Of a DNA stretch of 38,586 nt, positions 35,215 to 38,586 are shown piece after piece. The first letter of the stretch is position 1; every line of letters starts with the position of its first letter. The translations under genes were made by a program, and so were the position numbers. Below the pieces are notes generated by a model. The model did not search any database and had not been told where the DNA came from. It was given only the letters and a program-made list of their open reading frames with translations. The stretch is from IMG/VR virus record IMGVR_UViG_3300022821_000011, positions 77,134 to 115,719 of that record; one strand, 5' to 3'. The stretch is from a virus (taxonomy: Duplodnaviria > Heunggongvirae > Uroviricota > Caudoviricetes).

Positions 35215-35798
35215 CCTCTGATGCATTTGAAGCTTATCAACAATTCTTGGCTTTACATAGTCATTTCTATCAAAAAAATTATGATTACTTTAAGTATAAT
35301 AAGAAAATACGAGCTTCCTACGAAAGATTTTTAAATAGAAAAGACAAGTATTTCTTTAGAAAGCTTGCAAAAGAAAAAGATATTGAAGGGTTTGTAGTAT
35401 CTAATATTTTGGCTAGTACAAAAAAAATATGGATAATGGATCTATTTGACGAGAAAGCTGAAGAAAACTATATTGACTGGAAAAAACAAAAAGAATCTTT
35501 ATTTTATAACTTTAAAGAAGATTTATCTATATTACATAATGACGTTAGTATGTCAATTTTAGTAAAGAATGGTCAACATCCATTATTGCTGAAACAATAT
35601 TTATCAAAATCCATATCAATTAATACTTTAATAATACTTGATTCTTGTCTACATATATTTGATTACTGGAATACACACATACAAGATAATGTTGTGTGGC
35701 CTGGAGAATACATGAAGTTAGTCAAGTATAGATCGTTTTTAAGCTTTGATAAAGCCAAATATAAAAATTATTTAGTTGACATTATAAAGAAAAAGTGA
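35211..35798 (+). CDS. gp59: helicase loader (T4 gp59-like)
   Basis: FEAYQQFLALHSHF...YDYFKYN...RKDKYFF.KLA; synteny 33-59-32. Confidence 0.85.
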   Translation: MTSDAFEAYQQFLALHSHFYQKNYDYFKYNKKIRASYERFLNRKDKYFFRKLAKEKDIEGFVVSNILASTKKIWIMDLFDEKAEENYIDWKKQKESLFYNFKEDLSILHNDVSMSILVKNGQHPLLLKQYLSKSISINTLIILDSCLHIFDYWNTHIQDNVVWPGEYMKLVKYRSFLSFDKAKYKNYLVDIIKKK

Positions 35799-35806
35799 TA
35801 TAAATA
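35776..35806 (+). promoter_or_regulatory. composite sigma70 (TTGACA-N17-TATAAA) and late (TATAAATA) promoter for gene 32
   Basis: TTGACA at 35776-35781; TATAAATA at 35799-35806. Confidence 0.7.
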
Positions 35807-35889
35807 TACTACTATATTATGAAAGATGTGAAATATTTAGCAAAAACAGACATACGTAGCATACGTAGTTATAAGAAAAAGGAAAACAC

Positions 35890-36843
35890 ATGTCTTTTGA
35901 AACATTAAAGCGCAATCGCGAAGAAGCAAAACAAAACTTACTTGATAAAGTAAGTAAACTCAATTCTAGTCAGAATAAGAAATTTGATAATGAAGATGAG
36001 AGATTTTGGAAGCCTGAAGTAGACAAAGCCGGAAATGGTTATGCCGTAATTAGGTTCCTTCCAAATCACGAAGATGAAGAAATGCCTACAATCATGTATT
36101 ATGATCATTTCTTCCAGGGGCAAGCTGGTTGGTATGTTGAAAAATGCCCAACATCAATTGGAAAAGATTGTCCAGCATGCGCACATAATACTAAGTTGTG
36201 GAACTCAGGTTCTCCATCTAACAAAGACTTAGCTAGAGATCGTAAAAGACGTTTACATTATGTAGCTAATATTTTGGTTATTCATGATCCATCAAACCCA
36301 AGCAACGAAGGAAAAGTTTTCTTTTATCGTTTTGGTAAGAAGATTTATGATAAGCTAAACGACAAGATGTTCCCAGAATATCCAGATGAGGATCCAATGA
36401 TCCCGTATGATATGTTTGAAGGAGCGCATTTTAAGCTCAAAGTTAGGAAAGTCGATGGCTATCCAAACTATGATAAATCAGAATTCGACAACCCTTCACC
36501 AGTTTATGATGATGAAGATAAGATGAAAGAAGTATATGAATCAATCATGCTTCTTCAACCTCTTATGGCCGAAGATACATTCAAGAGTTATGATGTATTA
36601 AATGAGAAGCATGTTAAAGTGCTTCAACTTGGAAAAGATGTTTCTCAGGCTGAATATGATAATGCAGAAGATGTCGATGATGATGACGATGAAGTAGATC
36701 AATTACTAAATAATGTAGTAAATAATGCTAAGAATGAATCTACAAAAACTGAAGATACTCCTTGGGAATCAACTGATTCGGATGATTCGTCAAGCGACGA
36801 TGATGATGAAGCAGAATGGTTTAAGAAGCTCGCTGAAGGGTAA
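35890..36843 (+). CDS. gp32: single-stranded DNA-binding protein (T4 gp32-like)
   Basis: DKAGNGYAVIRFLP, WYVEKC, CPAC, YVANILV, FGKKI, NYDKSEF, acidic tail. Confidence 0.97.
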   Translation: MSFETLKRNREEAKQNLLDKVSKLNSSQNKKFDNEDERFWKPEVDKAGNGYAVIRFLPNHEDEEMPTIMYYDHFFQGQAGWYVEKCPTSIGKDCPACAHNTKLWNSGSPSNKDLARDRKRRLHYVANILVIHDPSNPSNEGKVFFYRFGKKIYDKLNDKMFPEYPDEDPMIPYDMFEGAHFKLKVRKVDGYPNYDKSEFDNPSPVYDDEDKMKEVYESIMLLQPLMAEDTFKSYDVLNEKHVKVLQLGKDVSQAEYDNAEDVDDDDDEVDQLLNNVVNNAKNESTKTEDTPWESTDSDDSSSDDDDEAEWFKKLAEG

Positions 36844-36876
36844 CTTATAGTTAACAATTGGACAATATGTCAAACT

Positions 36877-36902
36877 AAAGGGAGCCTTTCAGCTCCCTTT
36901 TT
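36877..36902. terminator. bidirectional rho-independent terminator
   Basis: AAAGGGAGC-CTTTCA-GCTCCCTTTTT between convergent genes. Confidence 0.85.
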
Positions 36903-38586
36903 TATATTACTGGCAAACCCTGTTCATTATAATAATAAGCTACTTCCTGATAAGATTCTTCATTTGGTGAAATTTTAGCTGGAGAATCATTTCCTTCTTG
37001 AGCCACTTTAGCATATTGCTTTTGCTTTTTACGATTTTCTCCTGGTATGTTAATTCCAGAATATGTTATATCATTATTAATAGGAGGGTCATGGCTATTC
37101 TTAGCTTCTCCTTGTTGATTACTGCTTCCAGTTATTACTGGACGAATAAATGTTCTTTCTTGTTGTATGTCTTTTGGAACAATTCTACCAAGCCCTTTGA
37201 TTTTTTCTATAACCTCAGAATTCATTTCTTCAATTTGTTTTGGATTTAAATTAGTTAATGTTCTTGTTTCTGGATCATATTTTCCACCGTTCTTTTCTGC
37301 TCCTTCTTTAAAGCCACTATTGATTTGCCCAGTTGCAAATGGAACATTTTTAGCAGCATCATATAATTTATCAGAAACTTTATAAGCTTGCTGTTCTTTT
37401 TTGCCTACTGGTTTCATAGGATGTCCAGCAGTTTTTAATGCTTCGCCAACTGATTGTTGAACTACTCTAGCTGTTTGTTTTTCAACTTCTTCTTTAACTG
37501 TGTTGGTTGCTTGCTTTGTAACATCTTCTTTAGCATTCGCTAAATCTTTTTTGGCTTCAGTTTTAAGACTTCTAATATCTTTTTTAGATATTGCTCCACC
37601 CCATGACCATTCTCTATCACCAGCCATATCTATATGAATAGAACCATCTTTATAAACACCAATCCCTTTGGCTCCATTTTTATATGCTTCTCTTATAAAA
37701 GATCTTCTTTGTGAATCATTTTCAAAACCAGTTACATCTACAGCTCGACCTGTAGAATGAACTGTTGTTTTTTGACCTTTCTTTTTACCAGATTCACTAA
37801 TCCAATTTCCTTTGCCACTAGTAAAAGTTATTTCTTCCATTCCAGCAGAAGTAGCAGATCGCTGAGCTATGTTTTGTATGCTTTCATCTACATCACCAGG
37901 TCTTTTTGGCCCATATTGCTTATTAATTTTTGTAGCAACAGAAGTGTCTGATTCATGTTTAGTGGAACTTTCAGATAATTGTTTCTTGCCTCTATTTACT
38001 GTAGAATTTTGTACTGATCCAACTGTAACTAATCCACGCGTCGCTGAAATAGCACTGGCTTGATTAGTTCGACTAATTACAGAATTGGGTTCATCATAAT
38101 TAATTTTTTTAGCATTAGCTGGAGACAACTGAAGAGCCCATAATTTAGCAGAATCTTGCGCGGCTTCGCCTGTAAAGAAACTAGGTTCTATACCCCATTT
38201 TTTCATATATTCGCCATGAACTTTAAGTTGATCATCTAACGATAATTGTTGATATTCTTGTGGCGTTAAAGAGCCTAAACCAGCTCGTCGTGCCAGTTCT
38301 GGTATTTGGTTATCTTCTAATTGCCACGCTCCATAAAATTTATTTTTAAATCCACCTCTAGCAGATGTGTTAACACCACTTTCGATATCAAGCGCCCCAG
38401 CTAAAGCCTCTGGGCTAATTCCCCAGCGTTTAGCATGATCAAGAATTGCTTTATCTCTATTTGAAGCTGGTTTATATTGTTGTCCAGAACTATTGTTTGG
38501 TTTACCACCTTCATACAATCTTTCAATCTGGCCGTGCACATTTCCGCCAGCTCCACCGGGTCCAAATCCATCAGTTAATTTTTTAG
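36902..38586 (-). CDS. tail/baseplate-associated protein with lysozyme-like and M15-like peptidase domains (5' end outside the window)
   Basis: The frame stays open from 38539 to the window edge. ALAGALDIESG...YGAWQL is lysozyme-like; HSTGRAVDV...IHID is M15-like. Confidence 0.7.
   Translation of the reverse strand, partial: KKLTDGFGPGGAGGNVHGQIERLYEGGKPNNSSGQQYKPASNRDKAILDHAKRWGISPEALAGALDIESGVNTSARGGFKNKFYGAWQLEDNQIPELARRAGLGSLTPQEYQQLSLDDQLKVHGEYMKKWGIEPSFFTGEAAQDSAKLWALQLSPANAKKINYDEPNSVISRTNQASAISATRGLVTVGSVQNSTVNRGKKQLSESSTKHESDTSVATKINKQYGPKRPGDVDESIQNIAQRSATSAGMEEITFTSGKGNWISESGKKKGQKTTVHSTGRAVDVTGFENDSQRRSFIREAYKNGAKGIGVYKDGSIHIDMAGDREWSWGGAISKKDIRSLKTEAKKDLANAKEDVTKQATNTVKEEVEKQTARVVQQSVGEALKTAGHPMKPVGKKEQQAYKVSDKLYDAAKNVPFATGQINSGFKEGAEKNGGKYDPETRTLTNLNPKQIEEMNSEVIEKIKGLGRIVPKDIQQERTFIRPVITGSSNQQGEAKNSHDPPINNDITYSGINIPGENRKKQKQYAKVAQEGNDSPAKISPNEESYQEVAYYYNEQGLPVI

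Noticed and set aside
237-38063. Opposite-strand or nested ORFs in the track (e.g. 237-419, 3340-3921, 10501-10959, 23314-23655, 29721-30044, 36998-38063)
   Set aside because: Shadow frames of well-supported genes, without RBS or recognisable motifs.
1-38586. Alternative genetic code
   Set aside because: Core genes (nrdA, primase, gp32, phoH) are full-length under code 11, and TAA, TAG and TGA all act as stops.
1-38586. tRNA, rRNA or CRISPR arrays
   Set aside because: No cloverleaf-like or regularly spaced repeat-spacer pattern seen; intergenic gaps are too short. tRNAscan-SE would confirm.

Overview
A 38.6-kb, very AT-rich segment of a large T4-like myophage genome. It has three blocks. 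(1) A minus-strand early/accessory block at 96-9489: speD, a truncated kinase-like internal protein, DUF1937-like, methyltransferase, SLOG, a GGQ release-factor-like protein, HNH, hsp20 and many small ORFs. (2) A plus-strand block at 9561-36843: two 3TM holin-like genes, an M15 endolysin, a gp5.4 PAAR protein, a methyltransferase/sulfotransferase/GT25/sulfotransferase module, putative internal head and virion proteins, dps, gp61 primase, nrdA, NADAR, nrdB, a GIY-YIG/NUMOD3 element, glutaredoxin, GT4, rnh, phoH, exonuclease, gp33, gp59 and gp32. (3) The 3' part of a minus-strand tail protein with two muralytic domains, which runs off the window. Sigma70-type TTGACA-N17-TATAAT promoters and T4-type late TATAAATA promoters are both visible. 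The most striking observation is at nrdB. A 1175-bp endonuclease element sits at the APQ^ETEISSY site. The nrdB tail contiguous with the gene is a recoded copy with Gln at the position of the essential E. coli beta E350, while the canonical ETEISSY tail is fused in frame to the endonuclease ORF. Other highlights are a ROSE-like RNA thermometer before hsp20, a late-expressed sulfation/glycosylation module, a perfect sigma70 promoter firing antisense through a holin-like gene, short repeats at gene junctions flanking single-gene cassettes, and a microhomology junction between two truncated convergent late genes. All family assignments come from motif recognition by eye; no database searches were run. 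No tRNA, rRNA or CRISPR array was seen.
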